64,000 bases of DNA from Actinomycetospora sp. (GCF_036497245.1 NZ_DASXJS010000170.1:3799-67798); one strand, 5' to 3'. Shown: positions 9,430 through 19,387, counted from the stretch's first letter. The notes: generated by a model not told the origin, from the letters alone. Numbers and translations are program-made.

Positions 9430-9990
9430 GGCCGGCACCCACCCGGCGTGGTGACCCTGCTCCCGGGCACGTTCGACAGGTCGGCGGCGGACGAATTCAG
9501 CGAACTGGTGGGAACGGACACGCTCTACCCCCCGAGAGTTGAGAACGATCGAGAAGACACCCCGATGACGTTCCGATTGATTGCCTGAGGGTGGAACGCG
9601 GCTCAGCCGCTCACAATAAGTAAGTCTCGGTAGTCCATTCGCGATGACTTTCCCCGGATTCTCGGCCCACTGGACATATCCTCGGTCACATGGTCTGTTC
9701 GGTGGACTCTGGATGGTGTGCACGGTCCATCGACGAAGACTGAATGATGTAGTGGCAACGCTGCGTCGTTCGACGCGCGGCGCCACGGCTGACACGTTCG
9801 GACGCGCCCGTGATTCGCACAGCCGCCTATCAGGCGATATCGGGCCGCCGACGTCGCGCATCCGTGGACGGAAACGGAGATCCCGCCGCGATGATCACGG
9901 CCGACGTGGCCGATCGGCACGCGCAGAAGCAGTCCGCGGCGGCAGCTACTCACCGGCGCGAGAACTCGGCGACCGCCGTCCGCGCGTCCC

Positions 9991-11190
9991 TCACCCGACA
10001 AGGTCGAGGAACACCCACCTCGCCTCGGGGGCCAGCCCGGCGAGTCGTCGTCCGCACCCGTGCAGGACCCCGGCGCCGGAGGTGACGTGCTGGGTGCCGC
10101 CGTGCAGGTCGCGGAAGACCCGGTTGAGCGGGCCCTCGCGCAGCGCGGCGGTGCCGGCCCACCGGTAGACGGTCTGCCCGATCTCGTGCGCGGTCCAGGT
10201 GGCGGTGTTCAGGGCGAGGCGGGTGAGGGTCTCCTGGTCGGTCGACAAGGTCTCCCCGCGGTCGAGCATCGCCTCGTTGTCGGCCCAGACCTCCATGTTC
10301 CAGGCCCGCGCGGAGAGCAGGGAGGCCTCGGCGCGGGCGTAGTCGGCGTGGAACTCGGCGGTGTCCACGCCGGCGTTGCGCGTCCCGGTCTTCGCCGTGG
10401 CGATGGTCCGCATCTCGTCGAGCAGCCGCCGCGCGACGCCGAGGGCCCAGCCGGTGTGCCCGATCCCGGCCAGGTTGGCCACGCCGAGGCGGTAGAGGCC
10501 GCCGCCGACCAGCGGTTCCGTCGTGGGGCCCGAGTAGACGAACTCGGCGGGGACGAACACCTCGTCGAGGTGGTAGTCGATGCTGCCGGTGGCGCGCAGG
10601 CCCATGACGTCCCAGTTGTCGACCAGCGTCGCCTGCTCCTTGGGCAGCGTGAACACCAGCATCTCGCCGGCCTGCTCGTCCAGCGCGGCGGTGTGCACGT
10701 GGGTGGCGTGGTGCAGGCCGGACGCGAACTGCCAGGAGCCGGACACGAGGTAGCCGCCCTCGACGGCGACCGCCCGTCCCGGCCTCGTGCCCTGCCCGGC
10801 GGCCAGGACGTCGTCGCCGGCGCCGAGCTGCCGCCAGGCCGGCTCACCGAGGTAGGCCGCCGTCGCCCCGGTGATCATCTCGACGGCCATCACCACCCAC
10901 GCCGTCGACGCGTCCGCGCGGGCGAGGGTCTCGATCGCGGTGATCTGCTGGCGTGGCGTGAACTCGCCACCGCCGAGCTCGCGCGGCATCCCCACGGCCC
11001 ACACACCGCTCGCGTGCAGGGCCTCCTCGACCCGCGGTGTGAGCCGCCCGCCGGCCTCGGCGCTCCCGGCCTCGGCACGTAGCAACGGGTCGAGCGCCTC
11101 GAGGCGGGCCATCATGTCGTCGACCCCGTCACCGGGGCGGAGGGTGCCGGTCGCTTCAGGAGTGGCGGTGCGGATGAGCTGCTCGGTCAT
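9991..11190 (-). CDS. Flavin-dependent monooxygenase, acyl-CoA dehydrogenase fold (HsaA/IacA-like)
   Basis: PRELGGGE, DASTAW, SGSWQFASG, WDVMGLRATGS, FRDLH...QH. Confidence 0.88.
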   Translation of the reverse strand: MTEQLIRTATPEATGTLRPGDGVDDMMARLEALDPLLRAEAGSAEAGGRLTPRVEEALHASGVWAVGMPRELGGGEFTPRQQITAIETLARADASTAWVVMAVEMITGATAAYLGEPAWRQLGAGDDVLAAGQGTRPGRAVAVEGGYLVSGSWQFASGLHHATHVHTAALDEQAGEMLVFTLPKEQATLVDNWDVMGLRATGSIDYHLDEVFVPAEFVYSGPTTEPLVGGGLYRLGVANLAGIGHTGWALGVARRLLDEMRTIATAKTGTRNAGVDTAEFHADYARAEASLLSARAWNMEVWADNEAMLDRGETLSTDQETLTRLALNTATWTAHEIGQTVYRWAGTAALREGPLNRVFRDLHGGTQHVTSGAGVLHGCGRRLAGLAPEARWVFLDLVG

Positions 11191-12185
11191 GTCGTCTCCT
11201 CGATCCATCGCCGGACCACCGCGAGCGTGTCGTCCGAGTTGGTCTCGTAGGTCAGGGCGTGCCCGTTGCCGGTCACGCCGTGGTCGGGCAGGTGGACGCG
11301 CTCGACGGCGGCGCCCGCGGTCGCGAGCCAGCTCACGACGTCGTCGGCGAAGTCGGCGAACATCGAGGCGCCCCCGGTGACGAGCGCGACGGGCACGTCG
11401 ACCAGAGCAGGCACGCGCAACGTCGTCGGGTCCGCCGCCCGGGCCTCGGCAGCACTCTCGCGGGGCGGGTCGTAGGTCAGCGGCGCCGCGGTCAGGCCCC
11501 AGTCGAGGGTGCCGATCCCGGGGAACGTCGCGAATGCAGGCCCGATCGGCTCAACCGCCACGAGCGCCCGGACCAGCTCGGGCCGACGATCGGCGAGCAG
11601 CCATCCGCACGGCCCGCCGGCGGAGTGGGTCACGACGACGGCGGGTCCGAGCAGGTCGAGCAGGGCCGCCAACCGGTCGGCGTCCATGCGCTGCGACCCG
11701 GCCAGGTCGACCGGCAGCGATCCGAGCGGCGCGATCCACCGGTCGGTCGCGGCCTCGTCGTCGGGGTCCAGGGGCCACCGGGTGTGGTCGGGCCGGTCGG
11801 GGAAGAACAGCGCGCGGCCGGCGGCGTAGTTGAACTGCGGCCCGGGGGTCCCGACGACGTCGGGGTGCGCCGGCGAGCGCCCGTGCCCCGGCCGGTCGAC
11901 GACGAAGGTCGGGTACCCGGCCGCGACGAACCCCGCGGCCCAGCCGGGCCTGCCGTCGGGAGTGCCGAGCCAGTCGGTGCCCTGCCCGCCGCCACCGTGC
12001 ACGAGCACGACCGGTGGCCGGTCGGTCTCCTGGCCCGGCGCCTCCCACGTGACGAACATCGGGCCCTTCGCCCGCACCGCCCCGTCGTCGCCCGTGACCC
12101 GCTCCCCGGGCACCCAGAAGTGCCCGCGGCGGCTCGTCGTCGGGGCCACCGACTCCCACAGGCGGGGTGTCGCGACGGTGCTCAT
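11187..12185 (-). CDS. Alpha/beta hydrolase
   Basis: HGGGG oxyanion, TPDGRPGW, VDRPGHGRS, nucleophile THSAGG, GNGH. Confidence 0.88.
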   Translation of the reverse strand: MSTVATPRLWESVAPTTSRRGHFWVPGERVTGDDGAVRAKGPMFVTWEAPGQETDRPPVVLVHGGGGQGTDWLGTPDGRPGWAAGFVAAGYPTFVVDRPGHGRSPAHPDVVGTPGPQFNYAAGRALFFPDRPDHTRWPLDPDDEAATDRWIAPLGSLPVDLAGSQRMDADRLAALLDLLGPAVVVTHSAGGPCGWLLADRRPELVRALVAVEPIGPAFATFPGIGTLDWGLTAAPLTYDPPRESAAEARAADPTTLRVPALVDVPVALVTGGASMFADFADDVVSWLATAGAAVERVHLPDHGVTGNGHALTYETNSDDTLAVVRRWIEETT

Positions 12186-12284
12186 GCCGTGACGCTAGGT
12201 GTGGTCCGGGTCTCGTCGCTCTCGTTAGAGTGCACGGACATCTCCGGCTGCTGCACGCCTGCGCGGGCCGGGGAGGAGGTGGCC

Positions 12285-13220
12285 GTGGACGACGAGGTCC
12301 GGGACATCGGCGTCTGGCAGGGCGCCGTCACCGGGGCGCTGCTGCGCTTCGACGTCGAGTGCGCCCGCCCCGAGCGGTTCCGGGGCAGCGTGAGCCGTCG
12401 TCGGCTGGGGGAGACCTCGCTGATCGCGATGAGCTCCCGGCCCCACCGGGCCCTCCGGACGGCCGGGCACATCGAGGACCACCCGCCCGAGTACCTGCTC
12501 TCCGTTCAGCTCGAGGGGACCGCGGCGTTCCGGCAGGACGGACGGCTGGCCCGGGTCGCAGCCGGTGACATGGTCTTCTACGACTCCACCCGCCCCGTCG
12601 AGATCACCAGCGGCGAGGACTACCGCAGCCTGTGCTTCCGCTTCCCGACGGCGGGTGCGGGTCGCCGGGCCGGTGACCTCACCGCGACGACACTGCCTGC
12701 CGCGCACGGGCTCACCCCCGCGCTCGCGGGTCTGCTCACCGGGCTGCACGAGGCGCTCGAGGCGCCGGGCACGGGGTCACGGCCCGACGCGGTGCTGGCC
12801 ACCGCCCGGCACGCCACCGAGCTCGCCCGCACCCTGTTCGACGACGAGCTCGCGCGCCGCGGCCTGCTCGATGCGCCCGAACCGCACGCCGTGCTCCGGG
12901 AACGCATCGACCGGCACATCGACGAGCACCTCGGCGAGCCCGACCTCTCGCCCCGATCGGTGGCCGCGGCGCTGTTCGTCTCCACCCGGCACCTGCACGC
13001 CGTGTTCGCCGAGGACGGACGCTCCGTCGGGAGAACGATCCGGGAGCGGCGCCTGCGACGCTGCCTGGACGACCTCGCCGACCCGGCGCAGGCGACCACG
13101 CCGGTCTCGGCGATCGCGCTCCGCCGGGGCTTCCCGAACGCGACCCGCTTCGGGGAGCTGGTCAAGGGCGCGACCGGGCGGACCCCGGTGGCGTACCGGC
13201 GGTCGATGCTGCGCGGGTGA
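12285..13220 (+). CDS. AraC-family regulator (FeaR-like ligand-binding domain)
   Basis: C-terminal LSPRSVAAALFVSTRHLH...IALRRGF...F..G.TP..YR; RBS GGAGGAGG; divergent from hydrolase. Confidence 0.88.
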   Translation: MDDEVRDIGVWQGAVTGALLRFDVECARPERFRGSVSRRRLGETSLIAMSSRPHRALRTAGHIEDHPPEYLLSVQLEGTAAFRQDGRLARVAAGDMVFYDSTRPVEITSGEDYRSLCFRFPTAGAGRRAGDLTATTLPAAHGLTPALAGLLTGLHEALEAPGTGSRPDAVLATARHATELARTLFDDELARRGLLDAPEPHAVLRERIDRHIDEHLGEPDLSPRSVAAALFVSTRHLHAVFAEDGRSVGRTIRERRLRRCLDDLADPAQATTPVSAIALRRGFPNATRFGELVKGATGRTPVAYRRSMLRG

Positions 13221-13449
13221 GTGCCGTTCCGCGCTGCCGTGCCGGCCGGGTCGACGGCACCCGTCGTCCTACGGAGCGTGCTCGTTCTGAGTGATCAACG
13301 GCCGTTCTGCTAGGCCGAATGGCTGGCGTCTGAGTGGCGTGAGGGTGGCTCGTGTCACCATCGGTGCCTGAGTCGGGGGGCTCGAGGCCGCAGCAGGTGG
13401 TTCCGGGTGACATCCATGGTCGATCTGCACGGAGACCGGGGGCCCATCG

Positions 13450-14517
13450 ATGACGCAGCCGCCGTATGTCTGGACCCCGCCGATCGGGGCACAGCGAGCA
13501 CGGCACACCCGCCGCACGGTGATCACCGTGATCACGGTGCTGGCGGTGCTCGTCGTGTTCCTGGCGGCGATGGCGGGCTATCTCGTGTGGCACGCGCAGG
13601 ACGCCGCCGCCAGCGTGACCCTCGAGCCGACCAACTCGGCGACCGCGGACTCCTTCATGCCCGCGCACGGCCCGGACGCCTCCGTCGCCACGCCTCCCGG
13701 GAACGGTGGAGGCACGGTCGCGGGAAGCACACCGGGGCTGTTCGGCGGCACCTCGGACAACAGCACGTGCGACCAGGCCCAGATGTCGGAGTTCCTGGCC
13801 GCACATCCGGACAAGGCGGAGGCGTGGGCCGAGGCCGAGGGCGTCGGCCGGAGCGACATCCCCGAGTACGTCCGCCAGCTGACCCCGGTCCTGCTGCGGG
13901 CCGACACCTCCATCACCAACCACGGCTACCGCGACGGCCGGCTCACCGCGTACCCGGCGGTCCTCGAGGCCGGAACCGCGGTGCTCGTCGACGGCTACGG
14001 CACACCGCGCGTGAAGTGCTATTGCGGGAATCCGCTGAGTGCGCCACCGCAGCAGCAGCCCCGTCATTTCTCGGGCACGGCATGGCGTCATTTCGCCCCG
14101 GTGACGGTCGTCGTCGTCCGACCTGCGCCGGTCGTCGTCCAGAACCTGACCGTCATCAACGTCCAGAACAACACCGTCGTCAACGTCCATGTGGCGCCCT
14201 GGCGCTGGGGTCCGCCGCCGGGGTGGACCGGGTCCCCGTCGTCGAGCAGTTCGTCGACGAGCACGTCGGCCACGGACACGTCGTCGGTGTCTCCGTACTC
14301 GGACCCGTACGGGCAGCGCGCCGGTAGCCCCGGCACCGGATGCGACCCGGCGACCAACGTCCCGGGGGCCGTCACGACGACGACGGGCACGTGTCCTACC
14401 ACGTCCACCACGACCCCGACGACGACGACCACGACGCCGACCACGACGACCACCACCACGACGACCACGACCGAGCCGACGACGACCACCACGACCACGT
14501 CGGGCTCCGTGAACTAG
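13450..14517 (+). CDS. Membrane-anchored DUF6777-like protein with Thr-rich tail
   Basis: TM helix, TPGLFGGT...CD, LTPVLLRADT..TNHGY, VLVDGYGTPRVKCYCGNPL. Confidence 0.75.
   Translation: MTQPPYVWTPPIGAQRARHTRRTVITVITVLAVLVVFLAAMAGYLVWHAQDAAASVTLEPTNSATADSFMPAHGPDASVATPPGNGGGTVAGSTPGLFGGTSDNSTCDQAQMSEFLAAHPDKAEAWAEAEGVGRSDIPEYVRQLTPVLLRADTSITNHGYRDGRLTAYPAVLEAGTAVLVDGYGTPRVKCYCGNPLSAPPQQQPRHFSGTAWRHFAPVTVVVVRPAPVVVQNLTVINVQNNTVVNVHVAPWRWGPPPGWTGSPSSSSSSTSTSATDTSSVSPYSDPYGQRAGSPGTGCDPATNVPGAVTTTTGTCPTTSTTTPTTTTTTPTTTTTTTTTTTEPTTTTTTTSGSVN
14374..14499 (+). repeat. ACG/ACC low-complexity tract encoding poly-Thr/Pro linker
   Basis: Run of acg/acc codons in frame. Confidence 0.8.
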
Positions 14518-14612
14518 GAGCCGCCCCCGAGATCACGTGGCAGGCGCCGCACCGGAGGACCTCCGCCACGGAGACGACCGATGCGTCGGTCCCGGGGGCC
14601 TGAGGGGACGGC

Positions 14613-15830
14613 ATGCAGCACTTCGAGCAGAACGACCCGCCGCGACAGCTCGACCCGCCGCGACAGCTCGATCCGCCGCCGCCGCGGATGCCGGCCTGGG
14701 TCGACGGCTCCGCGGCGGGGCCCGGCCGGTACCGCACCCTGGTGCTGGTCGCGATCATCGTCGTCCTGGCCGTCGTCGCGGCCGTGTCCCTCACCGCGTT
14801 GTTCACCCGGGGCGACGACGACGCGCCACCCGCGGCCGACGCCTCGTTCGCGCCCGGGCCGCAGGTGCCTGCCGACCAGCTCCCGGCCCCGGTGCGGGCC
14901 GCCGTCGCGAGGAGCGTCGCCACCCCGACCGTCGCGACGACGATCCCGGTGGGGCCCACCCCCGGGTCCATGGAGGTCGCGCCCGGAGGCCGGTTCGCCT
15001 ACATCGCGAACCGGTCCGCGAACGTCCTCACCGTCGTCGACACCACCAGCAACACGGTGACCGGGACGATCCCGGTGCCGGACGCCGGCCCGCAGTTCGT
15101 CGCGTTCTCGCCCGACGGCGCGCGTGCCTACGTCAGCATCTCCGACCCGGACTTCACCGTGAACGAGGTCGGTGTCGTCGACACGGGGACCGGCGCGTTC
15201 GTCGCCCGGGTCCCCACCGGGAAGCGTCCGTTCGCGCTCGTCGTCGCGCCGGACGGCACGCGGCTCTACGTGCCGAACCACGACTCGAGCACCATCACCG
15301 TCGTCGACACGGCGACCGACGCCGTGATCGGCACCATCCCCGTCGCCCCCAACCCGCACTGGCTGGACCTGTCCCCGGACGGCACGCGGCTCTACGCCGC
15401 CAACCACGAGTCGAACCTCGTGACCACCATCGACACCGCCACCGACGGCGTCGTCGGGACGGTGCCGGTGGGTCAGAGCCCGCACGCGCTCGTCCGGCAC
15501 CGCACCAAACCGCTGCTCTTCGACGCCGACTACGACGGCAACACCGTGTCCGTGACCGACGTCGTCGCCGGGCAGGTCGTCGCGACGGTGCCGACCGCGA
15601 GCCACCCGCAGGACGTCTCGCTGTCGGCCGACGGCAGGTACGCCTACGTCGCGGCGGTCGACGCGAACGCGGTGCAGGTGCTGGACACCACGACGCTGCG
15701 GGTCACGGCCACCGTGCCCGTGGGCAGGGGCCCGACGAGCGTCGCCGTCGGGCCCGACGGACGCCAGGCGTACGTCACCAACCTCCTCGACGGGACCGTG
15801 ACCGTGCTGAACGTCGCCGGCGCCGCCTGA
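14613..15830 (+). CDS. Membrane-anchored YVTN/YncE beta-propeller repeat protein
   Basis: TM helix then ~7 repeats of PDG..(A/L)YV.N......V.V.DT.T..V..TIPVG..P. Confidence 0.9.
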   Translation: MQHFEQNDPPRQLDPPRQLDPPPPRMPAWVDGSAAGPGRYRTLVLVAIIVVLAVVAAVSLTALFTRGDDDAPPAADASFAPGPQVPADQLPAPVRAAVARSVATPTVATTIPVGPTPGSMEVAPGGRFAYIANRSANVLTVVDTTSNTVTGTIPVPDAGPQFVAFSPDGARAYVSISDPDFTVNEVGVVDTGTGAFVARVPTGKRPFALVVAPDGTRLYVPNHDSSTITVVDTATDAVIGTIPVAPNPHWLDLSPDGTRLYAANHESNLVTTIDTATDGVVGTVPVGQSPHALVRHRTKPLLFDADYDGNTVSVTDVVAGQVVATVPTASHPQDVSLSADGRYAYVAAVDANAVQVLDTTTLRVTATVPVGRGPTSVAVGPDGRQAYVTNLLDGTVTVLNVAGAA

Positions 15831-15877
15831 GTCCGGGAAGGGTGGGTACGGCTCGGCACCTCCGGGTAAGCGGGGGC

Positions 15878-16072
15878 ATGGCAAAGGATCATGAGAACGA
15901 TGGCCTGACCGACAAGGCCCAGGATGCGGCCGAGAAGATCAAGGACGCGCTCGAGCCGAGCGAGTCCGACGGGCCCAACCGTCCGAGCAACGACGCGTCC
16001 GACCCGTTCAGCAACGATCAGCGTCCCGACGAGGCGGGGTTCCCTCACGGCTCCGTCGGCGGAACCGACTAG
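15878..16072 (+). CDS. Small acidic hydrophilic protein
   Basis: 64 aa MAKDHENDGLTDKAQDAAEKIKDAL..., typical codon usage; GGGTAA 8 nt upstream. Confidence 0.65.
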   Translation: MAKDHENDGLTDKAQDAAEKIKDALEPSESDGPNRPSNDASDPFSNDQRPDEAGFPHGSVGGTD

Positions 16073-17295
16073 CGGTCCTCGACGGGTCGGGGTGGATCCT
16101 CGGCGTCGGTCGGCTGTGGCCCCTCGTCGGTGCCGCCCAGGAGGGGGACGGCCAGCAACGGGAACAGCACCACCGAGAGCAGGCCAGCGGCGACGAGGGC
16201 CACGTAGTTGCCGGGCGCGATGACCCCGAGCTGGACCCCGATCGCGCCGGCGACGACGGGGATGCTCAGCGAGGTCGCCTGGAGCAGCCCGGCGCCGAGC
16301 ACCTGTCGGCGACGCTGGGCCAACGGCGTGTACAGCGCGGCGGGGAGGGCGCGCACGAGCAACAGCGCCCCGAGGAAGATCGGCACGCGTACCAGCGTGG
16401 CGGGGTCGTCGACGAGGCTGCGGACGTCGAGGGACATCCCGGTGGAGACGAAGAAGAACGGCACGAACGCGCCGAAGCCGACGGCCTGGAGCTTGCCGTG
16501 GAACGTCGAGTGGGTCATGGCGCGGTCGCGGTCGAGCAGCTTGAGCGTCGCCCCGGCGAGGAAGGCTCCGAGGATGGCCTCGAGCCCGAATGCGGTGGAC
16601 AGGGCCGCGAACACCATCAGCAGCGCCAGCGCGCCGCGAATCCGGATCTCGGCGGTGGTGTCCTGCAACGCCACCAGCGCCGAGGAGATCCGCGAGGACC
16701 GTTCGAACCCGAGGATCAGCAGCCCCACTGCGGCGACGAGGCCCAGGAACGCCACCAGCAGCGCGACCTGCGAGACCACGCCCGAGGCGTCGCCGGAGAA
16801 CAGGACCGAGAGCAGCACGATCGGGACGACCTCGGCGATCGAGGCGCCGGCCACCACGACCTGACCGAACGCGGTCTCGGTCTGCCCGGAGTCCTTGAGG
16901 ATCGGCAGGATGATGCCCAGTCCCGTCGCGGACAGGATCACCGCGATGAGCAGCGGAGACCGGACCAGCCCCGCGGCGCCGAGGACGAACCCGATGACGA
17001 CGGCGAGGGCGAACGAGACCGCGAACGCCGCCGACGTCAGGCCCAGGACGCGTCCACGGAGGCGGTCGAAGTCGATCTCGAGCCCGGCCAGCAGCAGCAG
17101 GAACGCGAGCCCGATGACGGCCAGGACCTCGACCGGGGCGTCGGCGTGGGCCCACCCGAGCACCTGCGGCCCGATGAGGATGCCGAGCAGGATCTGCACG
17201 ACGATCTCCGGCACGCGCAGCCCGGTCAGGCGCACCGCCAGCGGGGCGAGCAGCGCGACCGCGGCGACCACCGCCGCCGAGGTCAGCGACAACAT
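16069..17295 (-). CDS. Cation:proton antiporter (CPA2/KefB-like membrane domain)
   Basis: ~12 TM; GILIGP, LLAGLEID, LGAFLAG, PFFFVSTG. Confidence 0.88.
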   Translation of the reverse strand: MLSLTSAAVVAAVALLAPLAVRLTGLRVPEIVVQILLGILIGPQVLGWAHADAPVEVLAVIGLAFLLLLAGLEIDFDRLRGRVLGLTSAAFAVSFALAVVIGFVLGAAGLVRSPLLIAVILSATGLGIILPILKDSGQTETAFGQVVVAGASIAEVVPIVLLSVLFSGDASGVVSQVALLVAFLGLVAAVGLLILGFERSSRISSALVALQDTTAEIRIRGALALLMVFAALSTAFGLEAILGAFLAGATLKLLDRDRAMTHSTFHGKLQAVGFGAFVPFFFVSTGMSLDVRSLVDDPATLVRVPIFLGALLLVRALPAALYTPLAQRRRQVLGAGLLQATSLSIPVVAGAIGVQLGVIAPGNYVALVAAGLLSVVLFPLLAVPLLGGTDEGPQPTDAEDPPRPVEDR

Positions 17296-17731
17296 CGTGA
17301 GCCCCCGTGGCCGGCGATCCGGCGAGAATCAGTTCAGGTGCGCCAGTAGTCGTTCGCCGCGGCGATCGCGGCGAACTCGACGGCCACGGTGTGGCCGGCG
17401 CTGATCAGACTGTCAGGGTCGGTGGAATAGTTCGGACGCCCACCTTTGCACGTCCAGGTCCGGTTGCAGGTTGTGGACGAGTTCTTCGTCGGGTACGCGA
17501 TTCATCTACGGCATCATGCTCCTCGGCTCCTGCAATCACCATCAAACCTGCGCGTTCTGCACGATGTGCCGATATGGCCATCGCCGGAACCAAGAGTGTT
17601 CATGCGATCGCTCACCGCGCCCGAACCATTCCTCCGCATCTCCGCGGCCCACACCGTGAGGGTCCGAAACTGTCTCGGAACAGGTCGCGCGCCGGAATGT
17701 CATGGGGAGGGCCACTGCCCTCGGAGAAGCA

Positions 17732-17768
17732 GGAGCGGCCCCACCGGTCGTCGTGGCGCGGTCAGCGT
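17732..17768 (+). promoter_or_regulatory. Copy A (degenerate) of repeated T7SS-cassette upstream motif
   Basis: GGAGCGGCCCCACCGGTCGTCGTGGCGCGGTCAGCGT aligns without gaps to copies at 19487 and 27015; -10-like TAGCGT changed to CAGCGT. Confidence 0.6.
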
Positions 17769-17814
17769 GGTCCGGTCAGCGTGTGCCCCTGGGGTCGGTT
17801 TGTCCGGTTCGGAA

Positions 17815-17890
17815 GGTGCCGGTGCACGAGCCGGTGTGGCTGGCCTCGGGGGAGTACGTGTCCGTCCCGGTGCACGAGGCGACTCCCGGG
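17815..17890 (+). pseudogene. 5' fragment of a SAV_915-family gene paralog
   Basis: Encodes VPVHEPVWLASGEYVSVPVHE vs EVPEPEWMTSGEYVFVPVRE in 19563-19901; shared DNA cctcgggggagtacgtgt. Confidence 0.7.
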
Positions 17891-17915
17891 GGTGTTTTCG
17901 CAGCTCAGGGGTGAG

Positions 17916-17937
17916 TGTCAGGGGTTGCGTCTACAGT
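17916..17937 (+). promoter_or_regulatory. PafBC-type (RecA-NDp) DNA-damage promoter
   Basis: TGTCAG-N10-TACAGT matches TGTCRG-N10-TA-N3-T; ATG 7 nt downstream (leaderless). Confidence 0.7.
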
Positions 17938-17944
17938 TGGCGTC

Positions 17945-19387
17945 ATGAGCGGTTCGGTGGTCGACGAGGCGGTGATGCGCCAGGCCCGGGAGGTCATGGC
18001 GGCTGCCCGGCGCGCCGAGCACGCGGTGCTGTGCCAGGTCGCGATGTTGGAGTCGGTCGGGGCCGCGGAGGCAGCGGGCTACGGCTCGAGCGAGGGGCTG
18101 CTGCAGGACCTGTGGCGGGTGGATCGCGGTGAGGCGCGGCGGCTGGTCCGCCACTCGCGGCTGTTGTGCCCGCAGACCACCTTGGGTGGTGGGGCGGTGG
18201 TGCCATCGTTGGGGGTGACCGCGCCGGTTGCGGCGGCGGGTGGTCTGGATCGCGGTCATGTGCGGGTGATCGACGAGGCGGTCCGCTACCTGGAGCGGGT
18301 GGAGGGCATGGACCCGGCTGCGGTGGTCGAGGCGGAGGAGTTCCTGGTCGAGCATGCGGCGTCGCTGACGCCGCACGGGTTGGCGCAGGCAGCGGCACGG
18401 TTGATCGCGGCGTTGGATCAGGATGGGGTGGCTCCCGAGGACGAGGCGGAGCCGACCGACGAGTTGCGGATCGGACGCCGCCGCGACGGGTCGCTGGTGC
18501 TCAAGGGTCGGTTCCGGGGACGGGCGGACATCGAACTGCTGGTGGCGGCGTTCGATGCACTCTCGGGGCGGGCCGGCCCGCACGATGAGCGGGAGCTCGA
18601 GGCCCGGTACGCGGCGGCGTTGTTGGAGTTGGCGGGCTTGGCGATGGCGCCGGGTGGGATCGGCGCCTCGGTCGATCCCTCGGACCGGGCCGCTGGGGAG
18701 ACCACCGCCCCGGCCGAGCGCGGTGCGGGGGATCCCCGAAACCTGCTACACCCCGACTCCAACCCCGGCGAGCCCGACCCTGACAGCGATACCCCGGCCG
18801 GCGACGACGAGGCCGGCAGCGACGGTCCGGCGGGCGACGATCCGGCGGGCGACCACTCGGCGTCCTCCGGCGAGGCCGGTGCCGCGAGCGAGGCGTCGTC
18901 GCGGCTACGGGCTCCCGGCCGGGCGTTGCTGACGCTGACGATGCCCTACACGTGGCTGCGCAACGAGATCGGGCACGGCCTGGTCGGTGCCGAGGAGGCC
19001 ATCAGCCCCACCGAGGCCCGGCGGCTGGCATGTGACGCCGGGATCGTCCCGATGGTCCTGGGCTCTCGATCGGAACCCTTGGACCTGGGGCGGATGTCCT
19101 ACGCGGTCACGGAAGCAATACGCCGGGCCCTGGTCGAGCGCGACCGCGGGTGCGCGGCGCCCGACTGCCGGCGCCGTGCTGAACGATGTCACGCTCATCA
19201 TGTTCATCACTGGATCGACGGTGGTGAGACACGCCTGGACAACTTGTGCCTGCTCTGCGCCCACCATCATCGGTTGATCCATCGCGGTGACTGGCAGGTC
19301 ACCATGATCAACGGGCGGCCGTGGTTCACCCCGCCTGCCTGGATCGACCCCGAGCAACGACTGCTCCGAGGCGGGCCCCAGATCTGA
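17945..19387 (+). CDS. DUF222 / HNH endonuclease (REP13E12-like element)
   Basis: ARRLACDA, RALVERDRGC..PDC, HHVHHW.DGG.T.LDNL.LLC.HHH..IH. Confidence 0.92.
   Translation: MSGSVVDEAVMRQAREVMAAARRAEHAVLCQVAMLESVGAAEAAGYGSSEGLLQDLWRVDRGEARRLVRHSRLLCPQTTLGGGAVVPSLGVTAPVAAAGGLDRGHVRVIDEAVRYLERVEGMDPAAVVEAEEFLVEHAASLTPHGLAQAAARLIAALDQDGVAPEDEAEPTDELRIGRRRDGSLVLKGRFRGRADIELLVAAFDALSGRAGPHDERELEARYAAALLELAGLAMAPGGIGASVDPSDRAAGETTAPAERGAGDPRNLLHPDSNPGEPDPDSDTPAGDDEAGSDGPAGDDPAGDHSASSGEAGAASEASSRLRAPGRALLTLTMPYTWLRNEIGHGLVGAEEAISPTEARRLACDAGIVPMVLGSRSEPLDLGRMSYAVTEAIRRALVERDRGCAAPDCRRRAERCHAHHVHHWIDGGETRLDNLCLLCAHHHRLIHRGDWQVTMINGRPWFTPPAWIDPEQRLLRGGPQI

Noticed and set aside
14374-14499. ACG/ACC repeat as a non-coding repeat element
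   Set aside because: In-frame poly-Thr linker of a surface protein
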